Below are positions 22,431-34,660 of a stretch of 64,000 bases of DNA, one piece after another. Within the stretch, counting starts at the first letter, position 1; every line of letters starts with the position of its first letter. Made by a program: the position numbers and the translations under genes. The stretch covers positions 112,780,001 through 112,844,000 of the forward strand of contig NC_045697.1 of the NCBI RefSeq assembly GCF_009834535.1, written 5' to 3'. This stretch comes from Camelus ferus. Taxonomy: Eukaryota. The notes under the pieces were generated by a model. That model did no database searches. It saw nothing but the letters and a program-made list of their open reading frames with translations, and was not told where the DNA came from.

Positions 22431-24699
22431 ACAGTTAAGTTATTAGAATTTGTTCCCTGTCAAAGGGAAAAACAAGAGGCATCTGTCTTTGAAAAGTTTC
22501 AGGCTGTGAGAGAATACAAAGCAGGCATTTGAGGAGGTCAGAACCCAGCTCAGATTGTCCAGTGTGTCTTTTAAGACGTCAAGGTGGAAAGCATTCCATC
22601 ATTTATGTCTCCTTGGCTCATGATAGTCACGCATGTCTATTAACCTGCCAGACCCGCTGGGTGAACAGAAATCACAGCTCAAGCTTCTGTCCTTCAAATG
22701 CAATGATTTGCTGCAGGAAATCAGGATTCTTCTTCCAGCTCCTGGGGTGATCATGGAAGAGACACTTATGTTTTCTGGACCTTGGTTGATTTATCATAGC
22801 AATGAGTAATTTCTAATTGCAGTTAGTCCCTAAGCCCCCTTTGTAGTTAAAAATATCTCACAGAAGCCCAGTGCTTAACTCAGATAATAGTAGACTATCT
22901 GGTTAAACCTGAGCTGGGGTGGGGAAACCTGAGTCCTACGTATTATATCGCATTCCTTTTCACGCAGCCCCTGAGGGTCCTCAGAGCCCAGACTGAAGAC
23001 AGACTCAGGTCCTCCACCTGCCCAGCCCATCCCAGTCTTACCTATGTGACTTTGGGGAAACATCAGGACAACAGCAGTGATCAAGACAGGATCCCCTAGT
23101 GGGGCCCTGCCTTCCAGACTCCCTCATCTCCCAGCCAGGTGGCCAGCCCAGCAAATCAGGTCCTGAAGATATTTGTGCTTGAAGAAAAATTTTCTGGAAA
23201 AAGAAAACGAATGGGAAAAGAAAAGAAAAATGAATCGAAAATGGAAAAAAGTACTAGCTAAGAAAATGAATACAACTCTTTGGCTTTTATAATTAATACT
23301 TTGTCATCTCTTTCTCTTGACTTTCATCATGTCTTTCTTTTCTGTCCCTAGTGAGCAAATTAAGTCACAAACTGAATAAATATATTTCAGTGCAGGAGCA
23401 GTTGCTCTGAAATACCGCTTTAACCTTTTTAATAGGCTGGACTCAAACTCTTTTTTCTGTAAGCAGTGACTTCTTTGTGAGGATAATAAGGCATATTAAC
23501 GCCTGTTTTTGGTGTAACAGCCACTCACTCGTTTTAGGAAGATGGCCATTTGAATAAAAGGCCATTTAGTGAAACAAATGTAAGATCAATTCTCAAAAGT
23601 CCACAGTCACGTTGGTCAACAGAAACTTCAGATCATTTAAAATACTTGTTTCTCAAGCAATGAAGGCAAGACTGTTATGTTTCTATTCTTTCTGAAGATC
23701 TCTTACTTCTTCTCTTTAATGTTTTACTGCTCGAGCTTAACGGCAGACAAAAAAGCACTTGTCTTCTTAGGTAATATTCTCCTTAGCGTTCCTGAAACTG
23801 GCATTCCTGGGATACAAAAAGTGACATCACTGTTGTGGACCAGAGACAGGAATGGGCAGGGCATCAGAACAACAAGCTAGATTTAAGCCCAATCAACACT
23901 GCTAGTGCTTGTTCACTTTCTCTGCAGTTTATTCATCAGTTCATTGGTGGTATCCATAAAGTAATGCAATGTTGAGTGAAGTCCCTTGTTCTGCCTTAGC
24001 CTCAAGTCTCTTCACACGCAGGCACGGGGTCAGTTATCCAAGAGAGACAGCGAGACCCTCTCAGTCCAGGAGCAGAAGCGTGGAGACTGACATTGGCACG
24101 TGTGTGATCTCTTGTTCAGAACACATGCTGACAGTGAGTGTGTGTGTTTGCCAGTTTACACAATGACCTTCCCCCCAAGACTTAATTTGCAAACTGTTCT
24201 GATTTAACAAAGATTTGGAATGTAGGAAGAGTTGAGTTGAAGAAAAAAAAGTATATTGCAATAATTATCAAGTTCCGTTTTCATCTTAAGTGTGATTCCC
24301 AGGTCTGTGTAGGTCTTCACCATGACAGAAATGTGCGGACTCTTTCCTCCCTCTGTGGCCTGTGGTCTCTGATGAAAGGTACTGAAAATCTATTGAAAAG
24401 TCAACTCCATTTTTTTTTCCTTTCCACATTCTGGCTTTCTTCCACTTGAAATGTTTCTGCTGGTTTTTTTCTTCAAACATATCACACAATATCAGAATCC
24501 TAAACAAACTGACCTTAGAGATTTGAATACGAACAGTAAGTTTACATTAGACACCTGAATATAAAACATTTTATTCAAATTTCACTCGGTCATTCTCAGA
24601 ACACATAAAAGTTGGCATTAGGGCCCCAAATATTTTTTTTTCTTGTTAATTTTTTTTAACTTGACTTCCTTTTATACCACTTACTTCTCCAAGAATAGA

Positions 24700-24900
24700 A
24701 TGTATATTGGTGCGGTACAAAACCCCTGGGGTGGAAATTAGACAAACAGTGTTGGATTCTGGCTCCAGCTTTATTAGCTCTATGACTTTGGAGGAAGCTC
24801 TTTTTTTTTTTTTTTTTTTTTTTGCTCTGTATCTCAGTGCTCATTCTTGTCTATGGTCTCTTGTGATGGTCTGAATATAAATTGTACGTCAAAGTACCTG
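24700..24900 (+). mobile_element. MIR SINE with an internal poly-T run
   Basis: ggattctggctccagctttattagctctatgactttgg...ctctgtatctcagtgctcatt. Confidence 0.6.
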
Positions 24901-25743
24901 TAACCGCCTTGTTGTTATATCTGTTAAGTAGTCTCTGAGTTGCTTTGAAATGTCACAAGCAGCCTTAAAATTAAAAGGATCTAGATTTACTCCGGCAATT
25001 CAGGCATACATAGGCCAGGCCAGATCACATAATAGAATAAAATCTCTCTCCTTGCTCATTGGAAGGGCAAGGTTGCCACCAGTATATATCTGATAGTGGC
25101 TAAGGCGTAGTAATTTGGATTCAGTGGCGATACCCCTTGCTTCCCTGGGAAGACAGCCTATGTACACCTTTACCTGGTGCTCTGTGTCCTCCAGGAAATT
25201 TATCCTTCAGCATGGACTTCGCCGAGCTTACTCATGCAATGTTAACCTCACAAGGGTTTATATTCTCAACCGGCTCACTTGTTATAATAGAGATACAGCA
25301 TTGCTTTGCCGATTATTTTGGTGATTTTTCCTTTTCAGATGCTCAGTGGTCCAAGGTGCCTGCACCAGCCACACCAATTGTTTCACCTCTTGAGCCCCTT
25401 TTCTTTCAAGAAAAAAAAAATTGGATCTTTGCTCTGTGGTTTACTTTTTATTTCCTTCTGCATGATCTGCCCCAAATGATAGGGTCAGACACAGCAAGAC
25501 CATTGTGTTCACTGTTGGTGTTAAGTTTGGAAATTAAGTGCACAGAGAAAAGCAAAAGACCCAGGGACTCGACATGCTGGAAATCTGCATCACGGGGAGC
25601 AATAGCCTGTGAAGTAGCATGTGTGAAGGAGGGACAGAAACCTCACTGGCTGTAGATATGACTTCCTGCTCCCAGCCAGCCAGCAGAGAGCTGCAATGTC
25701 AGTGTCATTTGTCCTTCCTACAGTTTGGCTGTAAGTCTGAACC

Positions 25744-25955
25744 TAGGGTTCTCAGTCTCCGTACCTGGCAGGGTGGGTGGGACAGTGTCTGTTGTGAGGG
25801 GCCTTCTTTTGCATCATAGGATGTTTACCATCTCTGGCCTCCACCTGCTAGATACCCAGTAGCACCACCATCACAGCTCTACTCAGCTGGGAAAACCGAA
25901 AACTTCTCCAGACCTGGCCAAATCCCCCCACCACCTGCAGCTGGAAACCACTAGT
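25744..25955. mobile_element. MER20-like DNA transposon fossil
   Basis: agggttctcagtctcc...tgcatcataggatgttta...tctggcctccacctgctagatacccagtagcacc...ctccagacctggccaaat...gaaaccact. Confidence 0.75.
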
Positions 25956-26311
25956 CTAACAATAAAGGGGAGGGTGAGACTGGAAGCCAACTTGCAGAGT
26001 TTACCCTTGGGATCTTTGCTCTCCCTTTCTGCTTCCTTACCCCCTCCTTCTCCCTCTAATCACAATGCTTCTGAAAAACAGATTCTTATTCTAGTGTTAA
26101 GTGTGAAATGACATTTTACATTTTATCCAGGAGCAAGGTCTTCAGTAGGTTTAAATCAAAGCAATAATATTCTAATCATGAAGTTTTAGATGTTGAGCTT
26201 TTGCAAGGTCCTGGTGATAGGAGTGCATCTTACCAAAAGAGTCTTGGCTTGATTTTCTCGAAAGATTATCCCTGGATTGCAGCCAGCAATCAGTAATCCA
26301 GACCTTGTCGC

Positions 26312-26880
26312 TGTTGGGGAGGAAGAAAGTTGCTTCTACCCTTTTGGGTTCTTCTGGCTGGTCTAAGAGTCAAACTGACATGGGAGGGATTGATAGGAGA
26401 AAGTCAAACCAAAATTTAATAACATATGTACATGGGCAATACCCAGGAGAACCGACCACCCTCTCCAAAGTGGCCAAAACCCACACCTTAAATACCACCT
26501 TCAGCTAAAAACAAAAGAGGATGTTGGGGATAATGGTTTATGACTTCAGAGGGAAAGATGGCAATTTCCATGGAGATGGAAAAGCAAATGTTTGGTAAAC
26601 AAATGTTTGCTGGGCCAGGAAGAGACCATGGGACACAGAGAACAATGTTAACAAACAGATGTTCCTAGATTCCCACCTGTCTGCACACCTAGTTCATACT
26701 ATAGTGATCCATGCTGGTACCTCCCTTCCTGGAACAAGTCCTCCATCTACTTTCTTTCAGGCAGTTAGGGGGAAGGTCATAGATTCTTCCTGAGTCTTCT
26801 GGGCCTTGATTGTTTTCAGCTTGAAACAACCACCATGCCACAGAGACATATTTTGGGGTGGCACATTTTCCTCCCCTATA
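26312..26880 (-). mobile_element. ERV1 solo LTR (MER34/MER39-like)
   Basis: Ends catattttggggtggcacattttcctcccctata (minus-strand start similar to MER34/39); homologous to 10637-11048. Confidence 0.78.
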
Positions 26881-27119
26881 TCCTCTGTATTGGCTTTATA
26901 TTATTAGCAGAGTCACATTATCGGTAAAGACCCATTTGTTCTCTGGTACATGATCTCATCTGGAAAATCCAGGATGTCTAATCTTACAAATATCATCCTA
27001 TATTATAGGTATTTGTTGTTTTCCTCTGTACTTTCTGTTCTCTTTTTCCCAGAAAGGGGCATAGATTTTATTTTTCAATAAACCATACTCGGTTCCAGTG
27101 ATCTGAAAGGGTTCCAGCC

Positions 27120-27420
27120 CTGACTCGGGGAATGAAGCCCACGGCACAGGCCTAATCCAGTCAGAGTGGAGATTTTGTTGGGTTCATACGAATAGCAGAA
27201 AGATTCCTTTCCTGCTGGGCTTGAACCAGGGAGAGTGTTCGTGAAAACTACCTGAAACTGTCACAGCACTAGGGAGTCTCAGGATGAAACCAGACATGGA
27301 GGAGAACAGGGCTCAGCAGAAAGGGGATGGTAAGTTGGACCTTCTTAAAGGCGCAACAGTATCTCAATCCAGTCCATTTGGGTTTTCTGTCTCTTGCAAC
27401 CAGGAGCCTTAACTGAAACA
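27120..27420 (+). mobile_element. Old MaLR LTR fragment (MLT1J/K-like)
   Basis: ccagtccatttgggttttctgtctcttgcaaccaggagccttaactgaaaca is a typical old-MLT1 3' end. Confidence 0.55.
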
Positions 27421-28199
27421 TCCAGTTATTCTGAAATGCCTAGGAGTCGTCTCTTGTTTCGCCCACTCCAGGTCCCCTAAGTGATGTCTGTGGTTCTCCT
27501 GCTATTGCTGTTAGTCCGGGCATTGACACAATAAACACTAATGTCCCTGGAAAGCGTGGTATTGCTCCAAGCCCCGAAACCAGCAGACATCAATCCTAAT
27601 GCATTGTCTTCTCTGGCTGTACCATAACCATGATCGAGTCTAGGTGAGGTCTTGCTCACTCCTTGTCCTTGTCATGCTTTGTCTTCTTAGTATGAAAATA
27701 GTGTTACTTCTGCCTCACAGACACCCTGTGAGAACACTTTAGCACGCCCTGTCTACAGGTCCAGCCACAGGATACAGACATGAGCTAATGAATCCCAGAG
27801 TTCAAGGTGAACACCCATCTAGGCTTTCCTAGTCCCCCAACCCTAGGTCTCTGGGGGTATTTATTATAACATCTCTCTTCTTCTACAGTTAACAATCTTT
27901 CATGAAAACAGAATTGTGGTGATTAAAAGCAGAGAAGGCAAAAACAAAAACAAAAACAAAAACAAAAACACAAAACACTAGCAGACTCAGTGAAAAGGCA
28001 TTTCCCTGAACATTAAAATACTGAAATGTTAAATTAAAACATTTTAAACCATAGTATCCTCAGGAAGAAATCTGAGTGATCAGTGTAGTTCAAAAGAGCG
28101 ATTTTATCTTGTTTTTCTATTAAATCAGTAAATACAAAAGAATGTTCATTAAATATATTTATGTCTGTATGTCAAAGAACACATGGGAAAAACCTCACA

Positions 28200-29725
28200 T
28201 GCTCACCACTCTGTTGAGTAACCTTGCATAAAATGCGCATACCTTCTATTTTATTGGTAAGGAAAAATTATTTTGCGAAGTTGTTGTGGCAATTTAAATG
28301 TCCACCTGCAGGATGCTAATCTTAGCAAGATATCCTTGCCAAGATTCCATATTTTTAAAACATTTAGTTTTTGCTAAATGGGAGTAAAATACTATCTTAT
28401 GGAGCTTGCTTATATTGTCTGATTACAAAAGGAGGTTGAACAACTTTTCACACACCTATTGAACGTACGTGATTTTGTTTTCTTTCTGGCGCCTAAACTA
28501 TTTCTGTCTATTTTTCCTGATAGGTTTGTGTATTTCATTAATTTTTAAATATTCTGTGTATATTCTGTATATTAAGCCTATGTCAATTATATGTTCTGCA
28601 AACGTATTCACATTTGCAATTTGTCTTTTCTGCCTTTTACAATAACACATAATACACTTATGATGGCCCCAAAATATTTGAAGATGAAGCAACGGAGGTC
28701 AAATTTACATGAAATCTAGATATCAGCTTCAACATTGTTACCTCTCAGTCCTAAATATTAAGTATTTTTCTCTACTTATTTAGGTCTATTTAAGGTGTAT
28801 TTCCATAAAATTTTATAATTTCCTCACAAAGCTCTTGCTCACCTGATACTAGATCGATCTATCTATTGTGTACTAGAATTTTTTGTTAGTCTATCAATTT
28901 GCATTTTATTGTCATATATTGATTTTATAGCCATAAATTTTCCAAAGCCTTTTTTAGTTATTTATGATTATTTGGAGATGCTTTTGAATTGTTCTGTTTA
29001 AAACTGCGTCTCCTGCAAAAACTGCCAATTTCACCCTCTCCTCTCCCCTGCCTTTTATTTCTTCTGTTGGAGCTATTTGTGTGGCTCAGACTCCAAGACC
29101 ATGTTGCATAGAAGTAGGGGCATCTGATACCCTAGTCTAGAAAAGAATGTTTTTGTGTACTACATATTAAGTATAACAAAAATATGCCCTAGGTTTCTTT
29201 GTAACTGTTCTTGTATCATTTATAGAATATTCAATTATATTTTTATTTTACAAAGAATGTTTATCACGAATTGATAAAGTTTACCCTTTTTTCTACATTC
29301 TTTAGTATAAACATTTTACTTTTCTCCTTAAATCTGTAAATGTGATGAAAAGCAAAAAATGTCTTTCTAAATTTAATCTACTCTTATATACCAGAGAGAA
29401 ATACAAATCTGTCAGTTCTAGTATCTTGTTCTATATTGGTGGATTTGTTTTACTAGCATTTTGTTTAGATTTTTGATCTATGTTTATGAGTTAGACTGTC
29501 TATCAATTTTTTCTTTCTTATGTTCTGGTTTAGGTATCAAGATTATGATAACTTCATAAAATGAGACAGAGGCATCCTTTGTTATTTTTCAGAGGAGTCT
29601 GTGTTGCTTGAAATGATTTTCTGCTTAACAGTTTGAGGGAACTCATCAGTAAAGCCATCTGGGTCTTGCATTCTCTGTGTAGAATGTTTTTCACTATTGA
29701 TTCAGTGTCTTCAATAAGCATAAGG
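28200..29725 (-). mobile_element. Old L1 (L1ME-type) ORF2 fragments
   Basis: T-rich antisense L1 motifs (gtttaggtatcaagattatgataacttcataaaatga, cagtaaagccatctggg). Confidence 0.65.
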
Positions 29726-29974
29726 GGTTTTAGCCTAGGATCCCTAGGAAAGAGAATAGTCTGAAACAATTCATTCACCAGCAGCAGGAGAGACAAAAGG
29801 AATGAAACAGAGCTGGAAGCCGATGTTTGGATGGAGTGATGAGTTAGCCACTGCTTAGTGTTCTTTGCTTGGCTGATTTCACAAAATAATCCCTGAGAAG
29901 CTGATTAACCACATCATACTACCAACTCAGTGGATTCAGAAGGTACAGTTGACAGAACTGAATGATGGTTCATG

Positions 29975-30200
29975 ATAAGAGCTCACCTCTCCTCATGACT
30001 ACAATAAAACCAAACTGACTACTAAACAACCATGGGGAAAAAAAAAAAAAAAAAAAAAAAGACCAGAACCTAGCACAAAAGATCCTCTTCAACTGGAAAC
30101 ATAAGGAGGGACCCTCAACGGGATGGGAGGAGGGACATGCTCATGATATAATCGGACCCCATGCCCCTCAGGTGGGCGACCCACAAGCTGAAAATCACTA
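29975..30200 (+). mobile_element. L1 5'UTR fragment (laurasiatherian L1M-type)
   Basis: gagctcacctctcctc...gatataatcggaccccatgcccctcaggtgggcgacccacaagctg resembles recalled L1 5'-end consensus. Confidence 0.6.
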
Positions 30201-30460
30201 CTGTTTACAATAGCATTAAAGACTTAAATACTCAGGAATAAAGTCAACAGAATAACCCATAAAACCTACACACCTAAAACTATGAACAACTGCAGTGAAA
30301 AAAGATTTAAATAAAATATGAATAGATACACCACATTCATAAAGATAAGAATTCACAAAAACACCAGTTCTTCTCAATATGATGTGTAGTTTTAATGCAA
30401 TACCATTAAAAATCTCAGTAAGCTTTTATTTTGGTAGAAATTAACAAAAAGATTCTAGAA
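30201..30460 (+). mobile_element. L1 ORF2 fragment
   Basis: tttacaatagc...aaatactcaggaataaa...tttaatgcaataccattaaaatctcag...gattctagaat. Confidence 0.65.
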
Positions 30461-31649
30461 TACCTCATCCTGTCTTTTCTGATTAGGTAGATTTTAAACC
30501 TTCTCGGTCAATCATCCAAGTCTCTACCCTTCTCTGTTGAATTTTCCTTTCTTTGCTATATTCTATATAAATTTGTTCTCTTATCAGCAAATCTAGTGTA
30601 TTGTTAAACCTATTCCTTGACTTTTTAATTTCAATTATTATATTATTGTATCATTTTTGTTCTAGGAGTTTAATTTGGTCTCTTGGAATCTGCTGGATAG
30701 GTTTTAATAGACTTTTCTTCTTGACTAGTATATTTAATTTCTTCACTTATTTCATTAAAACTTTGTAATGTGTTGTCTGTTTCATGCTCCCAGACTCCAA
30801 AGCCTTTGCATGTCAGAGTCAGCTGTCGGTTAATTTGCTGGCTCTCATATATGACACCATATTTCCTTGTGTATTTTGGGTTCTGACTGTGAGCTCATAT
30901 ATCTTGGAACGTTACCTGTGGGAATTGTTTTGAGAACTAAAACTAGGTTCCATCAGAGAAGATTTATATTTGCTTCTTCCAGTACCTCAGGGCACTACCA
31001 GCTTGAGATCACTTTAAAATAAATTCTCAGCTTGAGATATTCTGGTCCAGCCATAATGTGAATTCAGGCTAGCTATAGTGAAAAAAAAAATCTCAGGGGA
31101 ACGTATTTTTCCCCTCTTCTAAGTGCTGTGCTTCATGAAAGACAATTTTCTTTATAGCCCCCTGAAAGGAGATGAGATTTTTCTATTCCCTCATGACACT
31201 GACAATGTAATCCTTTAAAGCTGCAAATTATGTGTCTCTCCTATTAGGCGGAACCATTGGCAGACCCTGAACTTTGTTCCCTGTACCTCAGAGAGGTTTG
31301 ATCTTAGAAAGTGTTGATCAGGTTCACCCAGCTTTGAAAACGTGCTCAAGGTCAAAGACCAGTTTCAATGGTCTACCGATCTCTCTGGATCTGTGCCTTT
31401 GTTTAGTTATTGGTCTCTGAGTAACCTCAGTCTACAAAACTCGCCGCTGCTGATGTACAATGAAGAGGGTGAGGGTTCCTGGAGGGGAGTGACGTTGGCT
31501 AACTTGTGAGCAGCATGATACAGACACAGAGGACACAGAGCCTGGGTCAAAATATTAAATGCTAAACATTTTCAGAGAGTGTGTTTCAAAAAAAAAAAAA
31601 AGTAAGTAAAAAGAGGAATGGAGGCATGGAAAGAGCCAAAAATGAAGGT

Positions 31650-32480
31650 GTGAGCAACAGGGATTCTCATTCATTGCTGACGGGAATAAAATATGGTGCA
31701 ACTATTTTGGAAGGCAGTTTGGCTGTTTCTAGCAAAACTAAACATACTCTCACCCTGTGATCCATCAGTTGCGTTCCTTGGTATTTACTCAAAGGAACTG
31801 AAAAATTATGTTCACCCAAAATCCCGCACATGGATGATTACTGCAGCTTTATTCATAGTTACTAAGATGTATAAAGCAACAAAATATCCTTCAGTAGGTG
31901 AATGGATAAACTGTGGTACATCCAGACAATGGGCTATTATTCAGTGCTTCAAAGAAATAAGCTAACAAGCCCTGAAAAGACATGGAAGAACCTGAAAATG
32001 CAAATTTCTAAGTGAAAGAAGCTAGTCTGAAAAGGCTGTGCATTGCATGGTTCCAACTACATGACATTCTGGAAAAGGCAGAACTGTGGACACAGAAAGG
32101 ATCAGTGGTTGCCAGGGGTTAGGGAGGGAGGATAACCTAGGATGGAAAGATGGATGAAACAGGCAAAGCACAGAGGTTTTCAGGGTAGTGGAGACTACTC
32201 TGCGTGATTTTCTCACGGTGGGTACACGTTACTACAGATTTGTCCAAACCCGTAGAATGGACAACACCAGAGTGAACCCTAATGTAAACCATAGGCTTTG
32301 GGTGATAATGTATCAGTGCAGTTCATCAGTTCTAACAGTTGTAAGCTGTACGCTGTGGGGCAGGCTAACGACCGTACAGGAGGTAGGCATGTGCGGGGTC
32401 AAGGAGTAGGTGGGAGACCTCTGTGCTTTCTGCTCAATTTTTTTGTGAACCCAGAATTGATCCAAAAAATAGTCTGTATT
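31650..32480 (+). mobile_element. L1 3' end (L1MC1/2-like)
   Basis: ORF 31693-31965 is decayed ORF2 C-terminus (FLGIYSKELK...AALFIV); 3'UTR tttgtccaaacccgtagaatggacaacaccagagtgaaccctaatgtaaac. Confidence 0.85.
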
Positions 32481-32682
32481 TTTGGAGAATGTCAGTTTTG
32501 GTCAGATGCTGTCCTGTTGGAGCAGAAAACACAAGGAGATGAGAAGGGTCAGGACAGAGCTTTGTGGGAGCCGCGTGTATATACCAGGAGTCAGAGTGCA
32601 CACCTACCAGCAGAGCAAGCTCATGGTGTTAGTCCCAGCACTGTGACCTCATTCAGGGGTCTTCCTTGCAATCTTTTCCCCA

Positions 32683-34660
32683 TTTTTTTTAAATTGTGGT
32701 AAAATGCACATAGCATAAAACATAACATAAAACCTTAACCATTTTTAGGTGTACAGTTCAGTGGTAATAAACACTATGCTGTGCTACCATCACCACCATC
32801 CACCTCCAGAACACCTTTCATCTTGTGAAACTGAAACTCTACACCCATTAAACGTTAACACCCCATTCCTCTAGCCCTCCAGCCCCTGGCAACAACCCTT
32901 CTCCTTTCCTCCCTAACCCTGTGATTTTGACTATTCTGAGGATCTGGTATAAGTGGAATCACAAGGCATTTGGCTTTTCGTGTTTAGTCTGTTTCACTTA
33001 ATGTCCTCAGGGTTCATCCATGCTGTAGCCTATGTCAGAATTCCCTTCCCCTGTAAGGCTGAATAGTATTCCCCTGTGGTGCGTACCATGTTTTGTCTAC
33101 CTGTTCATCCATCAGTATGTACTCAGACAGCTTCTACATTTTAGCTTTTATGAATAATGCTGCTATGAACATCAGTGTACAAATATATCTTCAAGATCTT
33201 GCTTTCAACTCTTTAGGGTACAGACCCAGAAATGAAACTGCTGGATTATATAGTAACTCTATTTCTAATTTTTTGAATTACTGCTGTACTATTTTCTACA
33301 GAAACTATAAGAAAAAACTTTTAAAAGCTGTGCACAAGCATTCCAATTTCTCCACATCCTTGCCAGTACTTGTTCTTTTCTTTTCTTTTTTTTTTTTTTT
33401 TTTCATAATGGCCTTTAATGGTGTGAGTTGGCATCTCATTGTAACTTTGATGTGAAAGTTCCTGATGAGTAGTGATGTTGAGCATCTTTGCATGTGCCCA
33501 TTGGCTATTTGTATATCTTTTTTTGCAGTAATTTCTATTCAAGTCTTTTGCCATTTTTGAATTGGGGTTTTTTTTTTGTTGTAATTGTTGCTGTGGCTGA
33601 ATTTTAGAACTTCTCTATATATTCTGGATATTAATTCCTTACCAGAAATCTGGTTTACAGGTATTTTCTCCCAGTCTGTGGGTTGCCTTTTACTCTGTTG
33701 ATGGAAGCTTTCGATGCACATTAAAAAATTTTTTTATCAAGCCCAGTTTGTCTATTTTTCCCTTAGTTGCCTGTGTCTTTGGTGTCAATGCCAAGAAGTC
33801 ATTGCCAAATCTAATGTGGTGAAGGTTTTACACTATTTTCTTCTAAAAATTTTATGGTTTTAGATCTTACACTTAGGTCTTTGATCCATTTTGAGTTAAT
33901 TTTTGTGTATAGTGTTAGGTAAGTTTCAAACTATTTTTGCATGTAGATATCCAATTTTCTCACCACCATAGATTGAAAAGACTCATCTTCCTCCATTCAA
34001 CTGTCTTGGCACCTTTGTCAAAAATCATTTGACCATATAAATAAGAGTTTATTACTGGGTTTCTCTATTTTATTTCATTCGTTAGTGTCTCTCTCTGTAG
34101 GCCAATACCACATTGTTTCAATTATTATAGTTATAGTGAGTTTTGAAATTAGGAAGTGTGAATCTTCCAGCTTTGTTCTTACATTTAAGAGTGTTTTGGC
34201 AATTTGGGATCCCTTGAGATTCCATACTAATTTTAGGGTGGGATTTTCTGTTTCTGCAAAAAAAAATTCATTGAGACTTTAACAGAGATTGCATTAAATC
34301 TGAAGATCACTTTGTATTGGCATCTTAACAATAAGTATTAAGTTACTCATATCTTAACATTGTCTTCCAATCCATGAACCTGGGATGTGTTTCCATTTGT
34401 ATGTCTTATTAAATTTCTTTCAGTAGCATTTCAGAAATCTTTCACCACCTTGGTTAAATCCATTCTTAAGTATTTTATTCTTTTTGATGCTATTGTAAAC
34501 AAAGCTGTTTTCTTAATTTCCTTTTTGAGCTGTTCATTGTTGGTGTATAGAAATGCGATCGATTTCTGTGTGTTGACTTTTGTCGCACAACAATGTATCC
34601 TCATATTTTGTGATTCATTTAGTAGTTCTAATAATTTTTAGTGGAATTGCATTCGTATCC
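32683..34660 (-). mobile_element. L1 (L1MB-like) 3'UTR plus ORF2 3' part
   Basis: aaattgtggtaaaatgcacatagcataaaa...; minus ORFs contain QPTDWEKIPVNQISGKELISRIYRE and RCSTSLLIR (ORF2 motifs). Confidence 0.9.

Noticed and set aside
25137..25655. Longest plus-strand ORF (172 aa)
   Set aside because: Non-ATG start, no recognisable domain, low-complexity composition and no supporting exon structure; consistent with a chance ORF.
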